From: Octopus bimaculoides
Taxonomy: Eukaryota
Direction: 5' to 3'
Assembly: GCF_001194135.2 (NCBI RefSeq)
Contig: NC_069003.1
Coordinates: forward strand, 32,289,770-32,353,769
Length of the DNA: 64,000 nucleotides
Part shown: positions 38,339 through 51,997 of the stretch, piece by piece
Numbering within the stretch: position 1 is the stretch's first letter
Layout of the letters: each line of letters opens with the position of its first letter
Program-made: the position numbers and the translations under genes
Notes under the pieces: generated by a model
Databases searched by the model: none
What the model saw: the letters and a program-made list of their open reading frames with translations, nothing else
Told to the model about the DNA's origin: nothing

Positions 38339-38913
38339 AAGTAGTAGTAGTTGGAGCTTATTAAATTGTATCTGTAAACCTTTATCGATAATGATATTAT
38401 GATGGGTCGCAAGTAGTAACACATCAGGGATGATCGATATTCAGGGAATCAGAATTTCAAAAGTGAGTTTTCTTCTAGGCTCCCTGCCATCTTCTATCTT
38501 TATTTCATTTAGTATTCCAGGTTTCTATTAACAAAAGGGGAAGAAAAAAAAAATTTATGTTTGTGTTTTATTGGAAAAAAATCTCTTGAAATATTGGATT
38601 TGATGCTGTGGGAATGGAATATCTGTTGTATTCTTCAGCATTTGAAACTACATTATTGCCTTCAAGTGAATAAGGGAGCATCTACATGATCGATCAACCT
38701 GCAAGAAATAGCAGCTTGATGTTCCTCAAATCACACACTTCTGTCTTCTGAACAATGGAAGAACTTGAGAGATAATCTAATCCTAAATATATTGTTTTAA
38801 TTGAAAGCAATATGGTTATGGTTGGAATACCTTTTATCTTTTGCTCAATCACAAAGCTCTGGCGCTGTAAACACACCAGCACTGGTTGTCAAGCAGTGAG
38901 GGACCAGCAGCGA

Positions 38914-38969
<56 letters not shown>

Positions 38970-39931
38970 ACAGGCTTCTTTCAGTTTCTGTCTACTCACA
39001 AGTTTGGGAAGCAAGCTTCTAACTACACAGCCATTTATCATAGGTCTGTTCAATCACAGCTGCCCTGGGCCTAAACCTCAACAACATAGTTTTACTCGAG
39101 CTGAGATGTGATCGCTTGATGTGCTAGAATTAGCAGCCAGATGGCCTTCGTGTCACATGCTGTTGTTTTAAAATTAAAGAACATGTTGGATTTTGTCTGA
39201 TATCATAGCTTGAATGTTTTTAGTCACATGACTACTCATTTGGGGCTGATATTGGTCTAAAGAACAACAACAACAACCTTGAATTTTATCTTAATGTATA
39301 AAGTAAATGGATGTATGTTCCAAGTTGTTGTAGGTTTCAAGCACTAAATGTCAGCCCTAGATGCTGGAAGATAAATTTGTTTCACAGGGGCTACTAACGA
39401 TATTGGCATTTCTTCAAATCTTAATATACAAAAGTGAATGTATGTTTGGTCCATCCACCCCATCTTCCTTCCTTCCTTCCTTCATTTCTTTCTTTCAAGT
39501 TGTAAACCTTAGTTTGGCACCTAGGTAGCTGAAATTTTGCATAGGAGTACATCTTTTTGTGGAGAAGGTCACAGGCAATAATAACTGCTATTGAAACTGG
39601 GTTTTTTTTTAGCTTAACTTTTTAGTTTAAGATGAAAATCTAAAACCACTGTAATAGGCATTGGAAAAATTACCAATTAGGAAAGCAATTCATTTAGAAT
39701 TAATTAGTACAGTATTTTGTAAAAAAAAAAAAATAAAAAAAAAGCATATTTTTCTGAAAACATAAATTAGAAAGCTCAACTTGGACTATTTTCTGAACTG
39801 ATTGGCGAGAACAGTTCTGAAGTTTGTCAGCATCATTTTGTGAAGCAGTTTGTGCAAAAATATAGTGAATGCATGTTATTGAATATATTTGAGGCTGTAA
39901 TATAATTGGACAAGGCTGAGTACCACCACTA

Positions 39932-40505
39932 GTCATCATCATTACCATCATCATTTAACATTTGCTTTCCATGCTGGACAGTTCAACAGAATCCACCAAG
40001 TTAACTTTCTCTTTGCACACTTCATCTGATTCTCCTTATAACAATTTTTCTCTCCTCTCATTTGTACTCATTTGTGTTCGAGCACACTAAGATTACACAT
40101 CCATTGGGATATGCTTGTTTCATTTCTTTCTAGCCTTCACAAGTCTTCTATATTCAAAGCCCATATCTCACTAACCATACAGCACCAAACACGAGCATCG
40201 ATCTGCCCTTTGTTGCCAGCAAAGTTAATAAATCCCTGAATTTCTCCCAACTTGTTCATACTCTAGCTACTGTTCTTTTGAAACAACCACCTCCTCTGCT
40301 AATTATGCCTCCTAGGTAATGAAAGCTATCAGCTGCTTCTAGTGAACCAGCCTAGCATTTCAGAGAATCTTTTCCTCCCTGTGTCTTCTTAGTGCTTATT
40401 GTCCCAGTGCATCTGCGGACACACAAAGCCTGCTTTCTCTGCTAGCCTGCTTCTGATTCCACTACATCTCTTGTGTATCTATAACTAACACTGGGTACAG
40501 CGAGT
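39932..40505 (-). mobile_element. RTE-clade LINE relic (Cys/His knuckle and RT C-terminal region, internally deleted, (GAT)n-like tail)
   Basis: Minus strand IHKRCSGIRSRLAEKAGFVCP-RCTGTI...SLEAADSFHYLGGIISRGGGC...SWEKFRDLLTLLATKG...SEIWALNIEDL*RLER. Confidence 0.85.
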
Positions 40506-41468
40506 ATAATTAATATATAGTGATTAAAATCTGTTGGTGAAAACAGAAAGTCTATTAATGTAAGAATCAAACAAGCCACAACGCTGTTTTGTATAGAACA
40601 GTATTCCTTCAGTAATCAAGTATAAAACATTGCAAATTAACCCAGGTGGACTTATGCAAGAAGACAAGGTAAATTACAGGAATCATTCGTGTGTGTGCAT
40701 GCACACACATACACAGAGTAAATGAGCGAATGCACATCGGTGCACTCAAAAAGAAGCAAAAAAGTACTCAATATAAAGCATAGACTAATAATAAAATTTA
40801 ACAAAGCTGCAACTTTATTAATACAATTACAAGTTTCAGCTTTCAGTTTGTCAGAAAGATGAAACCGTGGTGTTGTATTAGTAATATTAGTTTCTATTAT
40901 ATGTTATACACATATTTACATAATTAGGTATATGTGTTTTTCTGTGTGATGTGTCTATTGTATATATGTATATATACATGTATGTGTGTATATATCTGTG
41001 TATGTATATGTATATCTACTGATTAACACTACACACACACATACATTACACGTTTCATCAGCCGAAATATATTTTCAATTCATCAAGTGTCTCTTGTTAT
41101 ATTATTGACATGTACTGAACGTCTGGATATTGGTAAAATTGTCAATGTCCTTATTAGATTAATTCACATAATCTGCAATACTAAAAGACTCAAATAGCAT
41201 TATATGAACCATTGTTTTTGGAAGCTACTAGACCGACACCTCAACTAGTATGTTTCTATAAAATGCTATTCTATTTTCTGTTTTAGAAATTCAGGAACTA
41301 GACAAATTAATATAGAATACAGTGTTGTAGTATGGAATGAGATACAGTGATATAGAACATATTTGTAATATGGAATATTATGGAACTATGTACAGTTACT
41401 TGAGATATAGAGTGATATGAAACTGGATACAGTAATATGATACTAAGTACAGCTATATAGAATTATCA

Positions 41469-41680
41469 ATCCATCCATCTTCTCAGCCCATTAATTCTGG
41501 GAGGGTCATGAGAGTAAAGTGCTCTGGCACCTTCTCCATAGGGTTCTATCAGAAACAATCGTCATTGCACTTTCTGGCAGGATCCCAAAGCATGACCAAC
41601 TGAGAAAATGAATATTATGCAACCATCTTGTTCTTGGGCTACCCCTAGGTCACCTGCCGGTTTGTTTGGTTCGAATGCCA
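41469..41680 (-). mobile_element. Second Rex3/Expander-like LINE 3' end
   Basis: Minus strand TGR*PRGSPRTRWLHNI; aligns with 36957-37220. Confidence 0.75.
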
Positions 41681-43200
41681 TAATTGCTGCTGTACTTATT
41701 CACTTAAGTTATTTAAATATGAATAAGAGTGTATGCAAATATACATATATTTTATGAGCAGAGGCCTGGAAAATGACATCTCTCGGCCCCTAATCCAAGA
41801 TTACCATCAAATTCAAACATACTTATGAACACTTGAAACAGTTTTTGTGCTTCTTTTCCTGTATTTTTTTTAATGTCTGAAGTTAAGATACCATAATTGA
41901 TGGCATGTAGGACACACACTATTTTCTCCCCCCCCCCCCACCAAAAAAAATGTCTCAAAAGTATCACCCCAGGTCCTGTATGTGAAGTTGGGCCTCCCAT
42001 AAGCTTTAATGCATTACAAAGGGTTATTCCCCTCCCCTAAATATACACTGCTGAAATTGGCATGCATCTAATATGTCCATGTGTTTTTTTTTTTTTTATG
42101 GTATGATGGGAGTCACCATCCAATTCCAAAAATTTGGATAGATTCTTGTAGAGAGACAAAGAGAAAGAAATAAATAAAGAGAAAGAGAAAGTACTATACC
42201 ACTGGGATTTGTCATCTTGGGTGAATGTATCTGAACTCGACTGATCACTAAGAGGAAAAGGAGGAGGCTGTGTGTGTGAGTTCTGACTAAGTAATAATTC
42301 CAGAACTGGCAGTATGAATGTACTTTTAGCAGATAACGAGTATTAATATTTTGGTTGAGCTAAAATTAATATGTTTAATGTTGAGAGCATGTAATATCTA
42401 ATTAAAAATAATTATGTCAATTGTTGGTTAAAATATTGAGAGAATCCCTATATAATGGTGGTAAACACTTCTTTTTTTTCTCTTTTTCTGTTGCAAGATC
42501 TCAATTTATCTCTCCTATATTCATATGATGGTTCATCATATACATGTTAGCATATGATATCTTTAGACAAAATAAATATTTAGGGAAAAATAAAAGACCA
42601 CTTATTTGTTTGAACAAGTTGATAATAATAATACTAATGATAAACAGAAAACAAGAAACAATTTTTTGTGACTGCACACTGTGAAATAGGAATCAGATAT
42701 TCGGCTCCATTATTGTTCAGTATGGTTTTTAATTGGTCCTTCAGGAAATGTTTTTGTTATCTAAGATATCTCAAAGACATTTTAATTTGTATCAAACATT
42801 AACAAAAAAGAAAAAAAAAAAAATCCGTCAATTTTCAAAAGTAGGTTGTGCCAAAACAAAGCAACACTAGAAAAGCATGTTGTTGTTGTTTACCATTAGC
42901 TCAGCCCTAATTAAAGAGAACTATGTTAAAAAGCATTCCAGCCATGATCATCCCCTTTGTTTTTTGTTTCTCTTTTTATTAATTCAGACACAATGTAACC
43001 CATTCTACACTATCCAAAAGTGTCTTTATCGTTCTTTTTTTTTTTTTTTGTTTGGAAACAATAAGAAACAATTTGCTGCTATTTCTAGCAAATTGAGTGA
43101 CCAAAACGAGTCTCCCTCATTAATTCACAATGCTGTTATTAGTGTAGATATTCAGCAGTATTTTCCATATTTGAAATTGAGACTTCAAAACATCATCTAA

Positions 43201-43430
43201 CTAGAACTCAATCAATTTCATTTGTAAGTTGTCAGGTTCTTTGGAGACATCGGTTAGATTTGCTTGAAAAGCCAGTACCAGTGTGAGACCATATTTCTCA
43301 AAGTCTACAAATGTCTTCATTGTATTCTTCAATCAGTATGTCTACAACAATTGTGTATTCTTTCATGTCACATTGAATTGATGATTTACTTGTATTTTAT
43401 TCATTATCCATGAAGGAAGTGTTCAACTGA
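43201..43430 (-). pseudogene. hAT (Charlie/Spin, GTF2IRD2-like) transposase C-terminal relic
   Basis: DMKEYTIVVDILIEEYNE(+1)FVDFEKYGLTLVLAFQANLTDVSKEPDNLQMKLIEF* fits the EEF..RF.DF......P..LQMELIEL pattern upstream of the hAT dimerisation domain. Confidence 0.65.
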
Positions 43431-43785
43431 ATGTTTCTGATCAGGCAGATGTGGCTGGGTGGCAAATAAGTTTGCTTTGCAGCTGTGTAGTTTCTGGTTC
43501 AATCTCATTGCATAGCACCTTACAGAAGTGTTTATGGTCATAGTTTCCAGTTGAGTAAATATGTACAACAATATTTGTTACTCCTCTGTTGAGTTTTTAA
43601 TTTCTCCACGTGAAAAAGTTTTCAACATCATTCACGGGAATTGTTTATTTTCTCATAAAAAAAAATTTTTGTTTTCAATGTTGTCCATGTGAATTGTTTA
43701 TATCCTCTTCACCACTGTTATAATGTGGATCCTTGTCCACTTGTATGTTGTTGTTAGTATTGTAATATTCTTGTTGCCACTATTA

Positions 43786-44042
43786 TGTTGTGGTGGTATT
43801 CTGTACCTTATTATCTTTGACTCATCTATTGTGCTATCACTGATATCTCCGCAAGACAATGACTTTGGCACGTTTACCTTGACGGTAACTTGAACGCGTA
43901 TATCATGTAACTGATATACGGTAACTCAAGCTTGTATATAATGACCCCAACTGAGAACTCCTACAATGACGTTACTATGTCTGACTTTCTACAACAACTG
44001 ACTGTTTGACTTTATAGGTACTCATCATACCACTTTGTCACA
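43786..44042. mobile_element. Possible solo LTR or other CpG-retaining insertion
   Basis: TGT...ACA ends with loosely inverted termini (gtggtat..gtacc), local CpG excess, internal cggtaact..a.gc..gtata direct repeat; no TSD found. Confidence 0.2.
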
Positions 44043-44141
44043 TGGGAAGGGGAGTACCATTTTCGCTACAACAAAAACATGTTTTTTTTTTCATAGCTCT
44101 GAGGTCCCTGTAGATCGTTAGGCCGTTGACCGTAGCTTGAT

Positions 44142-44378
44142 TTAACCATTTTGATACCAACCCACTTGAGACTGTCCTTAGTTCCACAATACAAACTGTT
44201 TTTAAGTGATCTAAATTAAAACCTTCCATCAAAATTCCATATTAATTTATGTTTCAAACATGAGCTGATAATGACTAAGTTACTTTATTAAGTTTTTCAG
44301 TATTTTCAAAATAAATTGAAACAAAGGCAGCTTATTGCAAAAAAAAAAAAAAAAAAACTATGATAACAAAAGAGTTAA
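44142..44378. mobile_element. TTAA-flanked MITE, family A (best preserved)
   Basis: ttaa-ccattttgatacc ... gataacaaaagag-ttaa. Confidence 0.85.
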
Positions 44379-45714
44379 GCTTATATCTAAATGCAATATT
44401 GATTGTGGCTCAGATCAATAAACTATAGAATATGGGTAGAGATGTCTTTTAATGCTACACCATGCTCTTCTGTTGACCCTGCAATAATTAGTGAAGGTTT
44501 AAGGAAATGTGTTTCACTTTAGCAGAACAAAGTTTAACTATATCAGAAGTAGACTTGATGAGAAGGAGAATTCAGTTAACCTGAAAAGTGAGACAGACTT
44601 ACATACGTACATATATATGCATGCATACATACATACATACATATATACACACCATCAAACAAACAAAGAATTAAAGAAATTACAAGGGAACAGGATTTAC
44701 ATAATGTACTTCACTAGCTTACAGCTGTTCTTGCTATAAGATGCAGTGCATTCAGAGCCGAATGCTTGTACATCACGTTATAACTTACATTGAGTTTTAA
44801 CAGCAGGTTATTAATATTACTGTACCTAAGCGAAATCTTAAAGTATATAATGTTTGTGTGTGTTTGTGTGGCAAGTATTTACTTGATCTTGTGATAAGCA
44901 GCAAATCTTAGAAACAATATATGAGAAATGGACATTCAATGTTTCATCACCACATTAAAGGCCCTCATAGTGAGATTGGGTAATTTTGCAATATCAGAAT
45001 ACATCTACTCAGATGTAGTTTATGATACCAATAACTTTATTTAATATTTCATTGGAACAGTAAATTTGACACAAAAAGACTTCTTTTGATGCATGGCAAT
45101 TGTAGTTGTTGTTATTGTTGTTGTGCAACAAATCTTTTAACATTTCTCTATTGCATGGAAGGTGCACCGTAAATGTGCGTGCACTTACTAGATTACATTT
45201 ATTCAATTTTCGTTCGTATTACTTAACTTTAAACATAGTAGAACTGTGTCTTCTTCGTTTCCTTTGTGGTAAGGTTTTCACAAAGTTGTTGGTGTTGTTG
45301 TTGTTGTCAGCAATACCACTGACCCTGAGTTCAGTCATGACTCAACAAAACCGATGACAAAAAGCATTCAAGCTAAGATCATCCCATTCTATCTTTTCAG
45401 ACATAGTTTATGTCAGACTATATTATCCAATATGGCTTTGAATTTGTAGAGTTGTTAGAGCACCAGGGAAGATGCTTTGCAACGTTTGCTCTGACTCTCC
45501 GCAGTCTGAGTTCAAATTCCACTTAGATCAACTTTACGTTCTTTTGTAGTTGATAAATAAAGTGCTAGTCCAGGGCAGTGAATTAGTGGAATGTTAGGGT
45601 ATCAGGTAAGATACCTTGCTGTAATGTTTCAGCTTTGTGCTTTCTGGGTTCAGATTCTTCATCTTGTCACCAGGAATTGCTCCAAGTCTGCTCTGCCTGA
45701 GCAGAATTATGATG

Positions 45715-45966
45715 TTTTGTTTAAGAAATCAGACATATCCCCTCAAAATTTCATTACCCTTAACTGTGAAAACTAGTTGTATACAACCAATCTTTTTTTT
45801 TTTTTTTTTTTTTTTACAGAATGTCTTGATTGAGACTATTTTTTGTGGAGATATGTCAAATTTATTGAGGCAGTATGACTTGCAGAAAATACCAATTCTG
45901 ATTTTTGGTAGATAATTAACATCATTACATGGAATAACCATAAAATTTAATTTTGCTGTGAAAAAG
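45715..45966. mobile_element. TTAA-type MITE, family C, with poly-T expansion
   Basis: aaatcagacatatcccctcaaaatttcattacccttaact...taacatcattac...aaatttaattttgc aligns with 16884 copy. Confidence 0.7.
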
Positions 45967-46420
45967 TGAGGCTAAATCCTTGGGATGGGGAGAGTGGTTT
46001 TTGTGGGGCTTGAGTTGAGAATGGGTGATGTAAAATGAACGAGTTGGAGGTTATTGAAGTGGAATTGGCACAATCGAGCAAGTTCTGAGGAGCGGGGTCA
46101 ACAGCTGAAAAATGCTGACCAGCCACTTTTAACATTTCTTTAAGTGAACAGAATAAAGATGTGAAAAATTCTCAGCAGTAAACCAATACATCAGTATATA
46201 AGTCTGAACACCGTGAAGAAAAAAAAGTGTTGTAATTGTACTAGCTATTTACTACCGACTACATTTAGCCAACAAGATTATATATTATCTCTAGCAACTG
46301 ACAGCATTAACCTATCTCTGTAAAGGTAAGTGTGGGTGCACTAACGAGAAGAAATTACAGGAAGCTAAAAAGTAATTATTCAAGTGAGAGTGCATTGGTA
46401 ACTGTGTTAAGAAAAACTGT

Positions 46421-46662
46421 AGTTGTTGTTGTTTTTGTTGTTGTTGTTTAGCTGCAGGTTAATTCTGATCAAAAAGACGTCTGATGAAAGGGCTTCTAGC
46501 CACGACACTGTTGATTTACAAAACAATATATTAGATCGTCATGGATTGTCTTTAATGATGGGTCTACACATGTCCTTCATGTAATTTGGCTGGTAGAATA
46601 TGAGTTGAAGGAAATCTGGCTGCTATTTCAGCAAGCTGAGCAACCACTTAGAGGTATCCTCA
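46421..46662 (-). mobile_element. Family E retroposon 3' end (representative; many partial copies across the window)
   Basis: (GTT)n-tagctgcaggtt...gaaggaaatctggctgctatttcagcaag...tagagg; reverse-oriented copies e.g. 17890-18160, 52000-52175, 58797-59008. Confidence 0.75.
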
Positions 46663-46841
46663 TTAACTTGAAATGCAGGTAATTAATAACAGGTGAGAGT
46701 ACAGTGACAAAATCCTCTGTAGTTCAGAACTGAGTTTTGACAAAATGCATTAATTTATTTTGTTTATTCAGCCCCAGGTCAGTCTCAATCAAGCTGATAT
46801 GATCGAAAGCACTGTAGTTATGACTTGTCAAATACATTCAC

Positions 46842-46872
<31 letters not shown>

Positions 46873-47787
46873 CACATGTGTGTGCGCACACACACACACA
46901 CACACAATGCGCAAGCCTCTGAACAGGTATTGCCATGACAACTTTCTCTGTCATGGTCAATGCAATGATTACATGCTACACACCTTCCTTCCAAGCACTG
47001 CTGTAAACAGCAGAAGTGAGCCAGAACTTTAAAACTTAGAGCACATGCACAGCAGAGTTCAAGGTCAATCTTTGCCATGCAGCTTCACTCTGCTTGCTTT
47101 AACTCCATTACTATGGCAACGGTCCGGATACTTATTGATCATACCTTGTATATGTGTGTTTTTAGAGATTTTTGCTGTCAAATAAGCTTAAATTTGAATG
47201 AATGTAAATTTCACCTGTGGATGAGAGGGTAAGGCTCTCACCTTTTTTTCCATGGTTCTTCATTAGCTCAAAATTATTAACATCATAGATATTAGTCAAG
47301 ACTCTTTTGTGGATGAATAAAATCATGGACACTTTGGTCCATTGTCTCTAACTTAACACTTGTACAATAAAGAAGAAGAAAAACAAATTTTAATCAATCC
47401 ATTGATTTCTGTTATTCCCAACCCCCACCACCACCAAATAAAAAAAAGGTTTAGAAATAAATTTAAGATAAACAGATAAATTTGAAACAATAAAAGAAAT
47501 GTTTGGATAATTTTAAAATTACAATAACAACGATATGTATGTGTTTTATTCTGTTTATTTTATTATTATTATTATTATTATTATTATCAAAATTTTTATT
47601 ATTATCAAAATTACAGAATAAAATGTTACAAAGTGAGCTTTGGTTGTGGTTAACATGTTCAATATTGCTTGTATAAATCTAATTAAAATGTAAGGAATTT
47701 TAATTAAATAAAAGAAAAATGTTTTCACACATTGATTTCAGTTTTCTTTTTTCGTCATCATCATTATTATTATCATTATTATTATTA

Positions 47788-47846
<59 letters not shown>

Positions 47847-48371
47847 TCTGCATTTTTTTCAAGAATTCATTTTTGACTTCTTGCTGAACTCTTAATTAAA
47901 TTGTTAGTCTTTTCTTTTCTTTTTCTTTCTTTCTTCTATTCTGTTGTCTGTTACAAATAATTTGATATGCCTGAGCAGACCTAAATAAATAGAAATATTT
48001 GATGCAATGAATGTACAATTGCACTAACAAACTAGTATTTGATGTGTGTGGGTGTGTATACATGCATGCATATGCATGTTTGCGTGTGTGTGTGTTTGCT
48101 TTCATTAACCGCTATATTATATAACATTCAACAATATTAATTTTAATTATATAATGCATTCAAATGAGTAGGGAGGCAAGCCTCTATGTGGTCGTTCAGC
48201 ATGCTAGAAATAGCAGCCAAGTTCCATTCAAACCACACCTCTGCTTAAAAATTGAAGGACACAGTCTTTTAGTTAATGATGGCTTTAACATTTTGAATAA
48301 GACATGAAAAATTAAACATGCGTGTGATGAGGATCAGAGATGAAAATAATTGAAACGTACTGATACAGATG

Positions 48372-48413
<42 letters not shown>

Positions 48414-48454
48414 CCATCATCACCATCATCACCATCATCATTATCATTATTGAA

Positions 48455-48662
48455 GGCAGTGCACTGGCAGAATCATTAGCATCCCAAGCAAAATGCTTAG
48501 CAGCATTTCGTCCATCCTTACATTCTGAGTTCAAATTCTGCCTTGGCCAACTTTGCTTTTCATCTATTCAGGGTCGATAAAGTACCAGTCAAGCACTGGA
48601 GTTGATGTACTTGACTTATCCCCTCTCCCAAAATTTAAGGCCTTGTGCCTATAGTAGAAAGG
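48455..48662 (+). mobile_element. Older family F SINE
   Basis: ggcagtgcactggcagaatcattagc...ttctgagttcaaattctgccttggccaactttgcttttcatc...gggtcgataaagtaccag. Confidence 0.85.
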
Positions 48663-50134
48663 GTTATCATCATTATTGTTGTCATCATTATCGTCATCAT
48701 TTCCATTGTTTTAACATCAACCTTTCCATAACTGCATGGGTCAAATGGAGTTTATAGAGGCAGATTTTCTGCAGCCTTTATGCCCTTCCTGTTGCCAAGC
48801 AAGAAAATATATCTCCATATCCAAATATGCTTTTTTTAAAATGGTGACAATAACTGATATTCGTTCATTTACAACAATCATGTGATGTCAAGAAAAGAAG
48901 ACACACGCGCGCGCGTACAGAATGAGCTTCTTTCAATCTCTGTCTACCAAATCAGCTCACAAAGTTTTAGTTGACCCAGGTCTATAGCTGGAAACATTTA
49001 CCCAAGATGCCACACAGTAGGACCGAACTTGAAACCATGTGGTTGGGAAGTAGACTTCTTAACAACATAGTTTACAGAAGAATTATATTCTATTTCAAGT
49101 TCATGCTCTGCTGCTCGTGACTACAGTTTTTGATGTATAGTTTTTATGATGTTGATAAAGTAACACTTGATGTTGTGCTTATAGCATACAATTTAGTAAG
49201 CCTGGCATTGGAATTAAAACTGAAATGTAAAATGGTTGTGTAGATGGTTGTCTGAAAAATGTTGGTTTCTGAATTGAATCAGAAATTTAATGAAAGTGAA
49301 GTATGGAAACATAAGATTTAAATTTCTCCATTTTTTTTCCCCCTGTGTTCCCCCTCCCCACCATTAATTTTGATACAGGAATTGGAGATCTCATAAGTTT
49401 TAATCCTGTGGATATTTTTCTTTTTTTTTTGTGAAGGAAAATGGAACAGTAAAATAACCATGTTGTGTAGCTTGTAAAATTAAAATTACGACAAGATAAA
49501 CATGTTAAACTCTTAAACTTTAAGATACTAAACCGCCTAAGAGCACCAACAGTTGGTGCCAGCCAACAGAGCATCTCATTTTAAAGTGTTCATATTTAAA
49601 TTAAAGCTTTCATCATAGTCTTTCTTTTTTTAATATCAAAATCTCTTTCGTGAAAGTATGTTCCAAACATAAAATTATATATACATTTATGTTAATGTCA
49701 AATAATTAAAGTAAGTGTGCTCAATACACGTTGTAGAGGATGTTTTTTTTTCTCTCTGTTTTATTTAAAACTATAACTGAGAGTTTGTTTCATAACCTGA
49801 GTTTCAAGCTGCTGCAATCTTCAGGTGAGAACTGTTACAACTTAATATTGGTGATGTATTTAGATTCTTTGGTCTAGTGCTTGTGTTTGTTCACTGGTTC
49901 ATTGGTTTCATTGGTTCATTGGTTTCTTCTTCATGCTTTTTTATGGTCTCTTCATTAGTTGCTTATGTTATTTTTGAGATGTAATGTATTTCTTACAGTT
50001 GTATGTGGGAAGCTGCATTATTGATTTGATGCCTGAAGATTCTACTCTGATGATTTTCTTAGGAATAATGGGCAGAGAAGATGGACGAATGTAGTAGAAG
50101 ATGGATGAATGTAGTTTCATTGCTACTTTTCTAG

Positions 50135-50166
50135 CAGATTCTATCTGACCGCTTACCTGTTGAAAG
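50135..50166 (+). other. Candidate 32/29-nt exon with NAGNAG acceptor (unverified)
   Basis: tttcattgctacttttctag/cag acceptor, AAG|gtaggt donor; frames QILSDRLPVE or RFYLTAYLLK; G-runs 50208-50223 downstream. Confidence 0.25.
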
Positions 50167-50472
50167 GTAGGTTACTTGAAGTAGTAGTAACCTTGAGTAA
50201 AATGGCAGGGTGGGGGTAGGGGGATCAAAAAAGAAAATATTGAATATAAAAAAAAAAGAAAATTGCCATAGGATAGAATATTTAATTATTCAAAGGAATG
50301 AGGGTGAGGAATACATTGGGATTTTAATATTTTCCATTTAATTGAAACTAAAATATTCAGACTAAGATGATCTTTTAAGAATTTGATTAAATATCCAGTT
50401 TTAACTTTTTTTTTTTTTTAGTCAGTAACTTTTAAAATGTTATCTTTCATAAAAAGAGCAAAATTATTATTA

Positions 50473-50518
<46 letters not shown>

Positions 50519-51697
50519 CATTATTATCATTATTATCATTATTATTATTATTATTATTATTATTGTTATTGTTATTATTATTCATATCTNNNNNNNNNNN
50601 NNNNNNNNNNNNNNNNNNNNNNNNNNNNNNNNNNNNNNNNNNNNNNNNNNNNNNNNNNNNNNNNNNNNNNNNNNNNNNNNNNNNNNNNNNNNNNNNNNNN
50701 NNNNNNNNNNNNNNNNNNNNNNNNNNNNNNNNNNNNNNNNNNNNNNNNNNNNNNNNNNNNNNNNNNNNNNNNNNNNNNNNNNNNNNNNNNNNNNNNNNNN
50801 NNNNNNNNNNNNNNNNNNNNNNNNNNNNNNNNNNNNNNNNNNNNNNNNNNNNNNNNNNNNNNNNNNNNNNNNNNNNNNNNNNNNNNNNNNNNNNNNNNNN
50901 NNNNNNNNNNNNNNNNGAAGAGCTTCATTTATGTTCAACATAAAATTGAATTTTTGTGTTTTGTCGAAAAGATTTTTGAATTTGAATCCATAATGAAGAC
51001 TTTATCATTTAGTAGCAAACATTCCTGAAATAGAATATCGAAAAAATAAATGAATAAAATACACCAAAAAGAAAATATCAGATACAAAAGTTTTTTTAAT
51101 TTTTTTTATTTTTCAAAACTTTTTTTGTTTATAAAATGTTAATATTCTTAGTTCATATTTTTCTTTACATTTCTTGCTGCCCTCCCCACCCCCATTTTTT
51201 ATTAAAAAAAAAACTCCTACTGCTTAAAAGACAGGTAAATGTATATAAAAGAGAAATAATTTTCTAGCTACATGTGTGCCTATATCAGGAAAAATATAAT
51301 TTTAAAAGCACCGAATGCATGTATTATATGTTGAATGTACCACATATTTGCAAAGCTTAAACAGTGGAATTGTGTTTGTAATGAAATGTCTAACTGCTTA
51401 AAGAATAGAATTAGCAAACAGCCAACCTTCCAGAAATAATGAACAAATTAGAGAGCCTCTAGGTGGTTACTCAAAGTGTTAAAAATAGCAACCAAACCAC
51501 CCTCATATAACAGTCCATTGTTTTAAGAAAGAAATGGATACTTTAGATTATGTAGCTTTCATCTTTCATGAGCCTTACAGAAGACAGGATTGTTCTTGCT
51601 GAAATGCTTTTAATATAAGTCTACTCAGAGACAACCGTTTCCTTGAATGTCAAGCAACTAATGAGGAGTCCTTTACACTGTCATTTGATTCTTAGAT

Positions 51698-51997
51698 GAG
51701 AGCATGTGACTCACGATTGTAAGGTCACGAGTTCAATTTCTGGTGGTTTGTTGTGTCCTTGAGAAAGAGACTTTATTTCATGTTGTTCTAGTCCACTCAG
51801 CTGGCAAAAATGAATATTATCTGTGATTCAAAGGGCCAGCCTTATCACTTCTGCGTCACACTGAATCTCCTTGAGAACTACATTAAGTGTACGTGTGTCT
51901 GTGGAGTGCTTAGCTACTTGCAGGTTAATTTCACAAGCAGGCTATTCTGTTGATCAAATCAACTGGTACCCTTGTCAATGCTACCAATGGAGTGCCA
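51698..51997 (+). mobile_element. SINE family H, second copy
   Basis: gagagcatgtgac...gagttcaatttctgg...gtccttgagaaagagactttatttcatgttg...ccaatggagtgcc. Confidence 0.85.

Noticed and set aside
50087-50126. 20-bp direct repeat agaagatgga(c/t)gaatgtagt and other regularly spaced short repeats as CRISPR-like
   Set aside because: Only two adjacent units with no spacers; a simple tandem duplication in a eukaryotic context.
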